A DNA stretch of 59,718 bases, the filler included. It is 7 parts of 7 records of this genome, joined end to end, with 100 filler letters (N's around TTAATTAATTAA, not from the genome) between each part and the next. Parts side by side here need not be neighbours in the genome. Positions count along the whole stretch, not along the records: positions 7,632 to 29,041 come from SRR20825006_2048; 6 more parts are not named here. One strand, 5' to 3'. Positions 18,910 to 29,141 of the stretch are shown here, in pieces (the stretch's first letter is position 1; every line of letters begins with the position of its first letter). The notes under the pieces are model-generated. The model was not told where the DNA came from, ran no database searches, and saw only the letters and a program-made list of their open reading frames with translations. A program made the position numbers and the translations under genes.

Positions 18910-21021
18910 TTAGATATCCGCGAAATTTTCCCCGCCTTTCAGCCAGCGGCGCAGCAGTGGCTCAACCCACTGCGGGCAGTCACGCATCAGGTTGTTGGCC
19001 ACTTCTTTAGCGGGTTCCATCAAGGCTTCATCACGCACCAGGTCGGCGATGCGGAACGCCAAATCTCCGGTCTGGCGGGTGCCGAGCCACTCGCCCGGGC
19101 CGCGCAGTTTTAAATCTTCTTCCGCGATAACAAAACCGTCGGTAGTGTCACGCATTACGGCCAGGCGCCGCTTGCCCGTGAGCGACAACGGGTTCTTGTA
19201 GAGCAGCAGGCAGTAGCTTTGCTCGCCGCCCCGGCCCACGCGACCGCGTAACTGGTGCAATTGGGCCAGCCCCAGCCGCTCGGCATTTTCCATCACCATG
19301 AGGGTGGCATTGGGCACATCCACACCCACTTCGATGACGGTCGTGGCGATAAGCAGTTGCGCGTCGCCCCGGGCAAAACGTGCCATCCGTTCGGCTTTTT
19401 CTTTTGCTTTCATGCGCCCGTGGACCAGTTCCACGTTGATGTCTGGCAGAGCCACCTGCAGTTCCGCGAAGGTGGCTTCTGCTGCCTGGGCTTGCAGCTC
19501 TTCGGATTCTTCGATCAGGGTGCAGACCCAGTAGGCCTGTGTGTTTTTGTGCCCAGAGCGTGGCCGGCAGGCATCATTGATGCGTTCGATCACCTGGGGG
19601 CGGCGGCTTTCCGGTAACACCAGGGTATCAATGGGCTTGCGGCCCGGCGGCATTTCGTCGATCACCGAGGTGTCCAGGTCACCGTACACGCTCATGGCCA
19701 AAGTGCGGGGAATCGGGGTGGCGGTGAGCACCAGCTGATGGGGCACCTGACTGCCGTTGGCGGTATCAAAGCGGCCTTTCTCGCGCAGTGCCAGGCGTTG
19801 CTGCACTCCAAAACGGTGTTGCTCATCAATGATGGTGAGTCCGAGCCGGTGGAATTGCACGGCTTCCTGAAACAGGGCGTGGGTGCCGACCACAATGCGG
19901 GCACTGCCATCGGCCAGTGCGGCATTGGTTTCCCGGCGGGCCTTTACGCCCAGGCTGCCGGCCAGCCAATGTACCTCGATACCCAGCGGCGCCAGCCAGT
20001 GGCGAAAATTGTCCCGGTGCTGTTCAGCCAGCAGTTCGGTGGGTGCCATCAGGGCCACCTGGTAACCGGATTCCATGGCGGCAAGGGCCGCTGCCGCTGC
20101 GACTAGCGTCTTGCCTGATCCCACATCGCCCTGCACCAGTCTCAGCATGGGGTGAGGCTGGGCCATGTCGCTCATTAGCTCACCAATAACACGCTGTTGG
20201 GCGCCGGTGAGGGCAAAGGGCAGGCTGGCCTGGAGTTTTGCAAACAGCGTTTGCCCGGCAAGGCGCGGAGCGTGGAACGCTTTTTGCCCAGCGCGTTTTT
20301 GCAGCATGCCCAACTGGTGAGCCACCATTTCTTCCATGACCAGCCGCTTGACTGCCGGGTGTTTGCCTTCCAGCAACAGGTTGACCGGGTCATCCGGGTT
20401 GGGCTTATGCAGCTTGCTCAGGGCGTCGGTGAGGCTGGGCAGTCCGCTCTGGTCCAACAGTTGCGAGGGGATCAATTCCTGGGGCGGATGTGCTTGCAGA
20501 TAATGCAGCGCCTGGCTGGTGAGGTTGCGCAGGGTCTTCTGGCTGACGCCATCGGTGGTGGGGTAGACCGGGGTCAGGGCTTTTTCCAGTGGCGGCAAGC
20601 CGCTGTCCGCATAATCCAGTTGATATTCCGGGTGGTAGAACTCAAGGCCGGCGGAGCCTGGGCGGGGCTCGCCGTAGACGCGAATGGTTCTGCCCCGCTC
20701 CAGGTTGTTCTTCTGGGCGGCAGTGAAATGGTAGAAGCGCAGCGTCACCATGCCGGTGCCGTCGGCCACTTTGCACAGCAGTGAGCGGCGGCGGCCAAAA
20801 ATTACATCGGCGGCCATCACCTGCCCTTCGATGACGACACCGGTTTCCGGGCGCAGGCTGCCGATGGGGGAAATGCGGGTGCGGTCTTCGTAGCGAAAGG
20901 GCAGGTGGAAAAGCAGATCTTCCAGGTTATGCAGGCCCAGCTTGGCCAGCTTCTCGGCGGCAGCCGGCCCCACGCCTTTGAGGCGGTTGAGGGGCAGGCT
21001 GGAGAGGCTGTCATTGGCCAT
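18910..21021 (-). CDS. recG: ATP-dependent DNA helicase RecG
   Basis: LVQGDVGSGKT, DEQHRFGVQQR, TATPIPRTL, ATTVIEVGVDVPNA, QLRGRVGRG. Confidence 0.98.
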   Translation of the reverse strand: MANDSLSSLPLNRLKGVGPAAAEKLAKLGLHNLEDLLFHLPFRYEDRTRISPIGSLRPETGVVIEGQVMAADVIFGRRRSLLCKVADGTGMVTLRFYHFTAAQKNNLERGRTIRVYGEPRPGSAGLEFYHPEYQLDYADSGLPPLEKALTPVYPTTDGVSQKTLRNLTSQALHYLQAHPPQELIPSQLLDQSGLPSLTDALSKLHKPNPDDPVNLLLEGKHPAVKRLVMEEMVAHQLGMLQKRAGQKAFHAPRLAGQTLFAKLQASLPFALTGAQQRVIGELMSDMAQPHPMLRLVQGDVGSGKTLVAAAAALAAMESGYQVALMAPTELLAEQHRDNFRHWLAPLGIEVHWLAGSLGVKARRETNAALADGSARIVVGTHALFQEAVQFHRLGLTIIDEQHRFGVQQRLALREKGRFDTANGSQVPHQLVLTATPIPRTLAMSVYGDLDTSVIDEMPPGRKPIDTLVLPESRRPQVIERINDACRPRSGHKNTQAYWVCTLIEESEELQAQAAEATFAELQVALPDINVELVHGRMKAKEKAERMARFARGDAQLLIATTVIEVGVDVPNATLMVMENAERLGLAQLHQLRGRVGRGGEQSYCLLLYKNPLSLTGKRRLAVMRDTTDGFVIAEEDLKLRGPGEWLGTRQTGDLAFRIADLVRDEALMEPAKEVANNLMRDCPQWVEPLLRRWLKGGENFADI

Positions 21022-21036
21022 GGTTGGGCAACACCG

Positions 21037-21119
21037 CTGTAGGAGCACCTCTCGAGGTGCGGATCTGGTTCCAGCGTCTTACCTGGGTAGGGTTCGCACC
21101 TCGAGAGGTGCTCCTACAG
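21037..21119. repeat. GTAG-type REP doublet (REPIN)
   Basis: Perfect 25-bp inverted repeat CTGTAGGAGCACCTCTCGAGGTGCG / CGCACCTCGAGAGGTGCTCCTACAG with a 33-nt spacer; each arm internally palindromic. Confidence 0.9.
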
Positions 21120-21141
21120 GGAGAAACCTTCCTGCCCATCG

Positions 21142-22044
21142 TTATCCGGACAGCCCTTCCTTGGGCACGGCTTGGCGCAGCACTTCGATGGCCTTGGGGC
21201 GCGGGAAGCTGTCGCGCCAGACCAGCGCGATGGTTCGCGAGGGCACCGGTTCTTCAAACGGCCGGACAGCAAAGGTGTTCTTGTCGTAACCGTGCTGATG
21301 GAGAGCCGAATTGGGCAGCACCGTAATGCCCAGCCCGCCGGCGACCATGTGACGCAGGGTTTCCAGAGAGCCGCCCTCGATCTGCACCAGGTTGCGCTGG
21401 TGTTGGGAGTCGATAGCCGGGCATAACTCCAGCACCTGATCACGGAAACAATGACCTTCACCGAGTAGCAGCAGGGTTTCGTCGAGCAGCTGTTCCGGGG
21501 CAATTTTCTTTTGTGCCGTCCAGGCATGATCACCGGGCAGTAGCACAGAGAAGGATTCCTCGTACATGCGTGCCCGCACCAGGCCGCCACCGGAGAAGGG
21601 CAGTGCTACGATAATGGCGTCCAGTTCCCCGTGCTCCAGCTTGCGGCGCAGCACGTGGGTGTAGTTTTCTTCGATGAACAGCGGCATCTCCGGCGCAGCC
21701 TCGCGAACCCGCGGCACCATGGTGGGGAACAGGTAGGGTGCGACGGTAAAAATCGCCCCCACTCGCAGTGGCGAACCGAGCTGGTCGCGCTGGCTCATGG
21801 CCATCTGCGAGAGCAGGTCTGCCTGCTCCAGCACGCGCTGGGCTTGCGCGACAATGGGTTCGGCCTGGGGGGTGACCACCACCTCCCGGGGTCGGCGCTC
21901 GAACAGGGGCATGCCCAGCTGCTCTTCCAGTTTTTTAATGGCGGCGCTGAGGGTGGGCTGGCTGACGTTGCAGGCCTGGGCGGCGTGGCCGAAGTGGCGT
22001 TCGCGGGCCAGAGCGACCAGATAGCGTAGTTCTGTTAATGTCAT
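21142..22044 (-). CDS. oxyR: LysR-family H2O2-inducible genes activator
   Basis: MTLTELRYLVALARERHFGHAA, LLLGEGHCFRDQVLELCP (two redox Cys), SLETLRHMVA; oxyR-recG order. Confidence 0.93.
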   Translation of the reverse strand: MTLTELRYLVALARERHFGHAAQACNVSQPTLSAAIKKLEEQLGMPLFERRPREVVVTPQAEPIVAQAQRVLEQADLLSQMAMSQRDQLGSPLRVGAIFTVAPYLFPTMVPRVREAAPEMPLFIEENYTHVLRRKLEHGELDAIIVALPFSGGGLVRARMYEESFSVLLPGDHAWTAQKKIAPEQLLDETLLLLGEGHCFRDQVLELCPAIDSQHQRNLVQIEGGSLETLRHMVAGGLGITVLPNSALHQHGYDKNTFAVRPFEEPVPSRTIALVWRDSFPRPKAIEVLRQAVPKEGLSG

Positions 22045-22180
22045 GGCATTGATACACTCAATCGATTGAATGCCATTGTGCATAGTAACGGCGCCAGATG
22101 CCAGATGCTGGAACCCCGACGCAGGAACGGCCTGTGTCAGGCTTCTGGCATCGACCGTCCGGCGCTCCGTAAGGAGCTTT

Positions 22181-23035
22181 ATGTCTCATATTCTGATTGC
22201 CGGGCTGGGTGATCTGGGCACTGGCCTGGCCGAACAGTTAATCGCTGGCGGGCATCGTATCAGCGCGATCCGTCGCGGTGAGCAGGCACCGGCCGGGGTG
22301 GAGTTGTACAGCCAGGATCTCACCGAGGGTGCGGCCATGCTACCGCCGGATCCAGTGGATTTGCTGGTGATTATCATGACTCCATCCGAGTACAGCGAAG
22401 AGGGCTATTTGCAGGCCTACGTACGTGCGCCCCTGACCCTGCTGGAGGCGCTGGGGCGTCAGCAGCCGTTGCCGCCGGTGGTGTTTGTGTCCAGCAGTGC
22501 AGTGTTTGGCGATCAGGAAGGGGTCGCCGATGAGCTGACCCCGCCGCGTCCGGAGCGCTACAACGGCAAGGTATTACTGGCGGCGGAAGAGGAAATCAGC
22601 ACCCGCAGCCTGAGTACCGTGGTCCGCTTCACCGGTATTTACGGGCCGGGTCGCCATCGGCAGATCGACAAGGCCGCCAGGTTGGCCCGGGGTGAAGAAA
22701 CCCTGCCGGCACCGCAATGGACCAATCGCATTCACCGTGATGACTGTGTGGGCCTGTTGCACAGCGTGGTGCAGGGCTGGCTGGAAGGCCGTGAGATGCC
22801 GCCACTGGTGATCGGCACCGACGCGGTGGGGGGCCGCAATCTGGATGTGCTGAAATGGCTGGCGGATCAGCAGGGCCTGACCCTGGCTGTGCCCGATGCA
22901 CCGGCCACCGGTAAGCAGGTGCGCAGCCTGTATATCCAGCAAGGACACTACACCTTGCGCTATCCGGGTTACCCGGAGGGGTATGCACAGGTGCTGGCGG
23001 AGAAAAGCAGTTCAAAGTTAAAAGTTCAAAGTTAA
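22181..23035 (+). CDS. NAD-dependent epimerase/dehydratase (atypical SDR, YeeZ-like)
   Basis: ILIAGLGDLG, VFVSSSAVFG, RFTGIYGPGR, WTNRIHRDD; AAGGAG RBS. Confidence 0.88.
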   Translation: MSHILIAGLGDLGTGLAEQLIAGGHRISAIRRGEQAPAGVELYSQDLTEGAAMLPPDPVDLLVIIMTPSEYSEEGYLQAYVRAPLTLLEALGRQQPLPPVVFVSSSAVFGDQEGVADELTPPRPERYNGKVLLAAEEEISTRSLSTVVRFTGIYGPGRHRQIDKAARLARGEETLPAPQWTNRIHRDDCVGLLHSVVQGWLEGREMPPLVIGTDAVGGRNLDVLKWLADQQGLTLAVPDAPATGKQVRSLYIQQGHYTLRYPGYPEGYAQVLAEKSSSKLKVQS

Positions 23036-23315
23036 AAAGCGCGGGGCCGGGGTTGTGCCGGATTGCATTGCGCGGAGGCCGCGTTTGCCCACTGTAGGGG
23101 CTTGCCTGCAAGCGATTCAGCCGGGAAGAGACTCAATCCCAGCAGGCCGGCTACTGCGGCGAGGATCGCGGAAAGCTGCTTCCCTCGGTTACCTCTGTGG
23201 TAAAAACTGTCTTTGGGGGGCGGTCGCCGGACGGAAAGATGGGGCGCGGGGAAGGCGGCTCTGTCGTCGCCATGCAGGGCCCGCGTTTAAACTTTCAACT
23301 CCCTCCTTTGAACTG
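23008..23315. repeat. Heptamer-based imperfect inverted repeats enclosing a REP-like unit
   Basis: CAGTTCAAAGTTAAAAGTTCAAAGTTAAAAAGCGCGGGGCC ... GGGCCCGCGTTTAAACTTTCAACTCCCTCCTTTGAACTG, with TGTAGGGGCTTGCCTGCAAGCGAT inside. Confidence 0.7.
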
Positions 23316-23517
23316 ATCCAAAGCGCATTCCCGGCCAAATCACGCTAAAATCGCCCATCTGTCGGTCGGGAGCGTCATCGCTGGTCATTTTTTCGCCGAT
23401 AGGCTTGCCTCCGGCGCTGGCATTAGTAAAGTGTGCGCCTTAATTTTTTCTGTGGCGGTGCCGGGGTGATGCCGATGCGCCGCAAAAGCCCGTGATGGGC
23501 GCGATGGAGTAATGCGA

Positions 23518-24009
23518 ATGAGCACGCCGGTTGCCGTGGTAATGGGGTCCCAATCTGACTGGGAGACCATGAAAGAAGCCTGTGACGCCCTGACTCAATT
23601 CAATGTGGGTTGGAAGGCAGAGGTCGTATCGGCCCACCGCACCCCTCAGCGCATGTATGACTTCGCCAAAAGCGCCCATGAGCAGGGCTACAAGGTGATT
23701 ATTGCCGGCGCCGGTGGCGCGGCACATTTGCCGGGCATGATTGCCGCCCTGACCCCACTGCCGGTACTGGGTGTACCGGTGAAAAGCCGCACTCTGTCTG
23801 GTTGGGACAGCTTGCTGTCTATCGTGCAGATGCCCAAGGGCGTGGCCGTGGGCACTCTGGCGATCGGCGCGGCGGGCGCCTGGAATGCTGGCCTGCTGGC
23901 CTCCCAGATGCTGGCGGCGGACAATCCCGAGCTGCTACAAAAAATCGCCGACTGGAAAGCGTCCCGCGCGGATGAAGTGTTAGCCAATGCCGAGCTGGGG
24001 CAGGGCTGA
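23518..24009 (+). CDS. purE: N5-CAIR mutase
   Basis: [38 protein letters not shown]. Confidence 0.97.
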   Translation: MSTPVAVVMGSQSDWETMKEACDALTQFNVGWKAEVVSAHRTPQRMYDFAKSAHEQGYKVIIAGAGGAAHLPGMIAALTPLPVLGVPVKSRTLSGWDSLLSIVQMPKGVAVGTLAIGAAGAWNAGLLASQMLAADNPELLQKIADWKASRADEVLANAELGQG

Positions 24010-24054
24010 TTCCCTGGCACTGTTCTTTTCCCTGTTTGCTCTGACGGATCTGCT

Positions 24055-25161
24055 ATGAATCGCGTACTTGTTCTTGGTGGTGGCCAGCTTGGCCTGATGA
24101 TGGCAGAAGCCGCAGCCCGACTGGGGCTGGTGGTGGACCGTTACGACCCGGAGCGGGCGCTGTTGTTGCCGGGCACTTCCGATTTGGCCGTGCCGATCAG
24201 CTGGGAAGAATGTCAGGAGCGCTATCCGGTGATTACCGTGGAGCGTGAAGCCTTTCCGGACACCGGATTTTCCGCGGAACTGGCCCAGAGCGACCGTTGT
24301 GTGGCCCGCGGTGCCCTGCAAGTGATCCCCGATCGTTTCACCCAGAAAACCATGCTCGACAAGTTGGGCATTCCTACTGCTCCCTGGGTGACCCTGGACA
24401 AGGCTGACGATTTGCAGGCCGCTGCGGAGCAATTCGGTGGCGTGGTCGTGAAGGCCCGTAGTGGCGGTTATGACGGCCGAGGTACCTGGATTGTCGGTGA
24501 AGGTGGCGACCTGTCCGCCGTGCCCGCCGCTGAGTTGGCCGGCAAGGCCATCGTCGAGAAAAAAATTCCTTTCCGCCGGGAGTTGTCCATTGTCGGCGCG
24601 CGCAGTATTACCGGCGAGACCCTGTTTTACCCGCTCACCCGGAACTGGCACGTGGACGGTATTCTGCGGTTGAGCCTGGCGCCGGCCAATGCCTGTGCCG
24701 ACCTGCAAAAACCGGCGGAACAGATGCTCAAGGGCATCATGGAAGAGCTGGATTATGCCGGTGTCATGGCGGTGGAGTTCTTTGAAGTCGATGGTCAGTT
24801 GATGGTCAACGAAATTGCGCCACGGGTGCATAACTCCGGGCACTGGACCCATGAAGGGGCGGACTGGTCCCAGTTCGATCTGCATGTCCATGCGTTGGCC
24901 GGCGTGCCTCTGCATGCGCTGAATGTGCACGGCCCGTCAGCCATGGTAAACCTGATCGGCACCCCGTTCGAAAGCGCCTGGCTGCAACATCCGGGCGTGG
25001 TGCACTGGTACGGAAAGAGTGTGCGCCCGGGCCGTAAAGTGGGCCACGCCAACCTGGTGGCCTCTTCGCTGGAAGGGTTGCGTAAGGGGCTGGACGCCTG
25101 GGCGGATGTACTACCGGAAGGCTATCAGGCGGTGCTGGATTCCGAGCTGGCTCTGGGCTGA
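24055..25161 (+). CDS. purK: N5-CAIR synthase
   Basis: LGGGQLG, GGYDGRG, NEIAPRVHNSGHWT, YGKSVRPGRKVGH. Confidence 0.96.
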   Translation: MNRVLVLGGGQLGLMMAEAAARLGLVVDRYDPERALLLPGTSDLAVPISWEECQERYPVITVEREAFPDTGFSAELAQSDRCVARGALQVIPDRFTQKTMLDKLGIPTAPWVTLDKADDLQAAAEQFGGVVVKARSGGYDGRGTWIVGEGGDLSAVPAAELAGKAIVEKKIPFRRELSIVGARSITGETLFYPLTRNWHVDGILRLSLAPANACADLQKPAEQMLKGIMEELDYAGVMAVEFFEVDGQLMVNEIAPRVHNSGHWTHEGADWSQFDLHVHALAGVPLHALNVHGPSAMVNLIGTPFESAWLQHPGVVHWYGKSVRPGRKVGHANLVASSLEGLRKGLDAWADVLPEGYQAVLDSELALG

Positions 25162-25166
25162 ACTTG

Positions 25167-25338
25167 AGTTGCGACTTGACCGTTCCAGGTTGAAAGCGCG
25201 GTATTTCCGGGAGCCATCCGAAACCGGCTTTAGCCGCGCCGCAGTACCGGGAAACAATCAAAACAGAAACTAATCGCCGGCGCCGGCGGGCATTCCAGGT
25301 ATCCTGCACTTTTCAACTTTCAACTTTCAACTTGAAAC
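25167..25338. repeat. Heptamer arrays (AGTTGAA-like / TTCAACT x3) downstream of purK
   Basis: Degenerate AGTTGCG ACTTGAC CGTTCCA GGTTGAA at left; TTCAACT TTCAACT TTCAACT TGAAACC at right. Confidence 0.6.
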
Positions 25339-25414
25339 CCCTCCCCCTTCACGTTTTGCTGGCCGTACCTGCTTACACTGTCCATAGTGCGAGGCAAGAA
25401 AAGGCGAAACGGTT

Positions 25415-25993
25415 TTGATGATGACACTTTCTTTGGGGCGCTATCGGCGGCTGATCATGCTGGCCATGGTGCTGGCGCTGGTCCTGATTACGGTAGAGCT
25501 TACCGGCCTGCGCGAGCAGCTGTCGGTGCCCTTCCTGCGCGCGCAACTGGAAGCCAACCCGATCACCGGTCTCGTTGCCTTTGTGGTGGTCTTTGTGATC
25601 GGTAACCTGATTCAGCTGCCCGGCTGGATCTTTCTGGCGGCGGCCATTCTGGCGCTGGGAACGGTGATGGGCGGGCTGGCCACATATATTGCCGCCTGCG
25701 TGTCTTGCCTGGCGACCTATGTGTTGGTGCGCGGGCTCGGGGGCAGTGCCCTGCGGGATATCCAGAGCCCCCTCGCCCGCAAGATTCTGGCGCGGCTGGA
25801 CAGCCACCCGGTGCGCAGCGTTGCCTTGTTGCGCCTGTTGTTTCAGACCATGCCGGCGCTGAATTACACGCTGGCCCTGAGCGGGGTGACGTTACGCCAC
25901 TACATGCTCGGCACGCTGATCGGCTTGCCGGTGCCGCTGCTGCTTTATTGCATCTTCTTCGACCGAATACTGCTGCTGTTACCGATCGGGTAA
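25415..25993 (+). CDS. VTT/TVP38 (DedA/SNARE-associated) membrane protein
   Basis: Hydrophobic; LPGWIF...LLRLLF...LNYTLALSGV...YMLGTLIGLP. Confidence 0.8.
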   Translation: MMMTLSLGRYRRLIMLAMVLALVLITVELTGLREQLSVPFLRAQLEANPITGLVAFVVVFVIGNLIQLPGWIFLAAAILALGTVMGGLATYIAACVSCLATYVLVRGLGGSALRDIQSPLARKILARLDSHPVRSVALLRLLFQTMPALNYTLALSGVTLRHYMLGTLIGLPVPLLLYCIFFDRILLLLPIG

Positions 25994-26132
25994 GGCCGGG
26001 CGCATGACCCGCCGCAAGAGCATGCCTGCAAGCGATTCGCACGTTTGAAGGCGCGTTCACTTACGGGCATGCTCCTGGGCAACCGGGCTTCTTGTCACCC
26101 GTCACTTCGTCACTCGAGGCCCGAGGCTGTCG

Positions 26133-26369
26133 TCAATGTCTTAACAGGGCGCTCAGCGTATCCACCGTCTCTGCCCACTCCGCGTCTTCGCGCACCGCCT
26201 CGGCGAGAAATCGTGCCTGGGATTCATTCCAGAAGGGTGCCTGATGCAGGTGCATGCTGTCGGTGAGTGTGCCGCCATGCTGGTGGATGAAGTCTTCGAT
26301 ATCGGGGTCGCTGCTGGCCAGCCCGAGCTGGTCAAACAGGGTGTTGAGGTCGTGGGTCGCGGTATCCAT
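26133..26369 (-). CDS. DUF2789 family protein
   Basis: LFDQLGLASSDPDIEDFIHQH...APFWNESQARFL...DAEWAETVDTL. Confidence 0.85.
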   Translation of the reverse strand: MDTATHDLNTLFDQLGLASSDPDIEDFIHQHGGTLTDSMHLHQAPFWNESQARFLAEAVREDAEWAETVDTLSALLRH

Positions 26370-26501
26370 ATCGCACTCCCTTATGTTGTCAAAATAAGTG
26401 TTGCCGATTAACGCAAGCGAACCTTTGTCCGCCTACCGTCTGTTCAATGCTGCGCTTTTTCAGTTTCCCTGTCTCCCCTCCTTTCGGAGGGTCGCACCAA
26501 C

Positions 26502-26558
26502 AAAAACGCCCGCACAAGGGCGGGCGTGTTGCGTGCAGCATGTTGCGTGATGCGGGGT
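26502..26558 (-). terminator. Terminator hairpin after ridA, overlapping a GCGTGNN heptamer array
   Basis: AAAACGCCCGC-ACAAG-GGCGGGCGT stem; array GCGTGTT GCGTGCA GCATGTT GCGTGAT GCGGGGT. Confidence 0.6.
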
Positions 26559-26944
26559 TAAGCAATATCCAGAATGCCGTCCATTTCCACGCCCGCGCCC
26601 TTGGGCAGCGCCGCCACGCCGATGGCCGCCCGAGCGGGGTAAGGCTGGGTGAAATGTCGCGCCATGACCTCGTTGACCAGCGCGAAATGGCTCAGATCGG
26701 TGAGGAAGATATTCAGTTTGACGATGTCCTGCAGGCTGCCGCCAGCGGCTTCACACACCGCGATCAGGTTGGAAAACACCTGTTCAATCTGCGCTTCCAT
26801 GTCGCCGTCCACCAGTTCCATGGTTTCCGGTACCAGTGGAATCTGGCCGGACAGGTACACGGTGGAGCCAGCCTTGATGGCCTGGGAATAGGTGCCAATG
26901 GCCTGCGGGGCCTTGTCGGTGCTGATCACGGAATGGTTGGACAT
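26558..26944 (-). CDS. ridA: RidA/YjgF family enamine deaminase
   Basis: [35 protein letters not shown]; downstream of spoT. Confidence 0.92.
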   Translation of the reverse strand: MSNHSVISTDKAPQAIGTYSQAIKAGSTVYLSGQIPLVPETMELVDGDMEAQIEQVFSNLIAVCEAAGGSLQDIVKLNIFLTDLSHFALVNEVMARHFTQPYPARAAIGVAALPKGAGVEMDGILDIA

Positions 26945-27098
26945 GATGCGTTCTTCATTGGTTATGCCGCCGGCCACGGCCGACAGGCGAAAATTGGGAA
27001 GCGGCTATGCTTGCACGGGTTAATGCCTGCACGCAACACCGCCGGGAAACCGCCAGGATTGTCTTAGCGTCAAGCATGTTGCGTGAGGCGTGCGTTCA

Positions 27099-29041
27099 TT
27101 AAAGCCGGTGAATCCGAACGATGCTGTCCAGGGTGCGCAGCTTCTTGATGATGCGCGCCAGGTGGATGCGGTCTTTCACTGTCATGGTCACGTTGAGGAT
27201 GGTGAGGGTGGGGTCTTTCTCGGCCATGTCGATGGTGTCGATGTTGGAGCCCAGTTCAGACACGCTGTTGGCCAGGGTGGCGAGGACGCCGCGCTTGTTG
27301 ATCAGCTCGATGCGCAGGGCCGCAGTGAATTCCTGTTCCACCTGTTTGTCCCAGCTCAGTGCGATGCATTTTTCCGGGGCGTTGCGCATTTCTGCCAGCA
27401 GGTTCTTGCAGGTGTCGCGGTGTACCACGATACCGCGACCGGCACTCAGGTGGCCGATGATGGTGTCGCCGGGCAGTGGGCAGCAGCACTTGGCGTAGCT
27501 GACCATCAGCCCTTCGCTGCCGCGGATAGCCAGCGGCCGGCGATCATCTTCGTGCTGACGTTCGTCGTCATCGCGGGCGCCGGCCAGCTTGCGCGCCACC
27601 AGCGGCGCCAGGCGATTGCCCATGCCGATATCTTCCAGCAGGTCGTCCAGCTCCACGTAACCGTTACCGGCCAGCTCGCTGACCACCCGCTCGATGGGCA
27701 GGTCGTCCAGGCCCATGTCGTAAGAATGCAGGGCTTTTGCCAGCAACCGCTCGCCCAGCTCCACCGCATCTTCGCGGCGTTGGTGCTTGAGGAAGTGGCG
27801 AATGTTGGTGCGTGCCTTGCCGGTGACCACGAAGTTCAGCCAGGCCGGATTCGGGGTGGCATTGGGAGCGGTGATGATTTTCACCGTCTGCCCGGATTCC
27901 AGCGGCGTGGACAGGGCTGCCAGCTTGCCATCGATACGCGCCGCCACGCACTTGTTGCCCACCTTGGTGTGCACCGCGTAGGCGAAATCCACCGCGGTGG
28001 CGCCGCCGGGCAGTTCCTTGATGTCGCCCTTGGGGGTGAACACATAGGCCTCGTCCGGGAACAGGTCCACCTTCACGTTCTCGATGAACTCCATGGAGTT
28101 GCCGGCTTTCTGCTGCAGCTCCAGCAGCCGCTGCATCCAGCTCTGGGTGCGGCTGTGGGTGGGCGAGCCGGGCTCATCATCGGACTTGTACAGCCAGTGG
28201 GCGGCGATGCCGTTGTTGGCCATGGCCTCCATTTCTTCGGTGCGAATCTGCATTTCCAGGGGAATGCCGGAGCGGGCTTTCAGGGTGGTATGCAGGGACT
28301 GGTAGCCATTGGCCTTGGGAATGGCAATGTAGTCCTTGAAGCGACCGGGAATGGGAGTGAAATAGTTATGCGTGGCGCCGAGCACCCGGTAGCAGGTGTC
28401 GACCCGGTCCACGATGATGCGGAAACCGAACACATCCATGATGTCGGAGAAGGGTTTGTGCTGCTCCTTCATCTTGGTGTAAATGCTGTACAGGTGTTTT
28501 TCACGGCCCAGCACCCGGGCTTCGATGCCTTCTTCTTCCAGGCAGTGTTCCAGGCTGGTCTTGATGGTGGTGAGGATTTCCTTGCGGTTGCCTCGGGCTT
28601 TTTTCACGGCCTGGCCAATCAGCTTGGCCCGCATGGGGTAGATAGCGTGAAAGGCCAGATCCTCGTATTCCACCCGCATGTTGTACATGCCCAGCCGGAA
28701 GGCGATGGGGGCGTACAGTTCCAGTGTCTCGGTGGCGATGCGGCGGCGTTTTTCCGCGCGCATCACATGCAGGGTGCGCATGTTGTGCAGGCGGTCAGCC
28801 AGTTTGATGAGGATAACGCGGATGTCCCGGGTCATGGCCAGCATCATCTTGCGCAGGTTTTCTGCCTGCTGTTCGGCCTTGGACTCGAACTTGATCTGGG
28901 CAATCTTGGAGACCCCGTCCACCAGCTCGGCCACTTCCTCGCTGAACTCGCCAGCCAGTTGCTCCTTGCTGATGCCGGTGTCTTCGATCACATCGTGCAA
29001 CATGGCGGCCATCAGTGAGGCATGGTCCATGTGCATGTCGG
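27099..29041 (-). CDS. spoT: Bifunctional (p)ppGpp synthetase/hydrolase (5'-truncated)
   Basis: LHDVIEDT (intact HD), KLADRLHNMRTL, KDYIAIPKANGYQSLHT, TGS and ACT domains. Confidence 0.96.
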
Positions 29042-29141
29042 NNNNNNNNNNNNNNNNNNNNNNNNNNNNNNNNNNNNNNNNNNNNTTAATTAATTAANNN
29101 NNNNNNNNNNNNNNNNNNNNNNNNNNNNNNNNNNNNNNNNN
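29042..29141. other. Artificial contig linker
   Basis: N44-TTAATTAATTAA-N44. Confidence 0.99.

Noticed and set aside
23440-23515. Possible purine-related riboswitch before purE
   Set aside because: GC-rich stems are present, but I could not match ZTP, PRPP or purine riboswitch consensus; an Rfam scan would be needed
27090-29018. 642-aa + strand ORF, and similar long ORFs such as 1827-3377 and 17135-18088
   Set aside because: Antisense shadows of real genes (spoT, lolC/E and others), typical of GC-rich codon usage; no recognisable motifs
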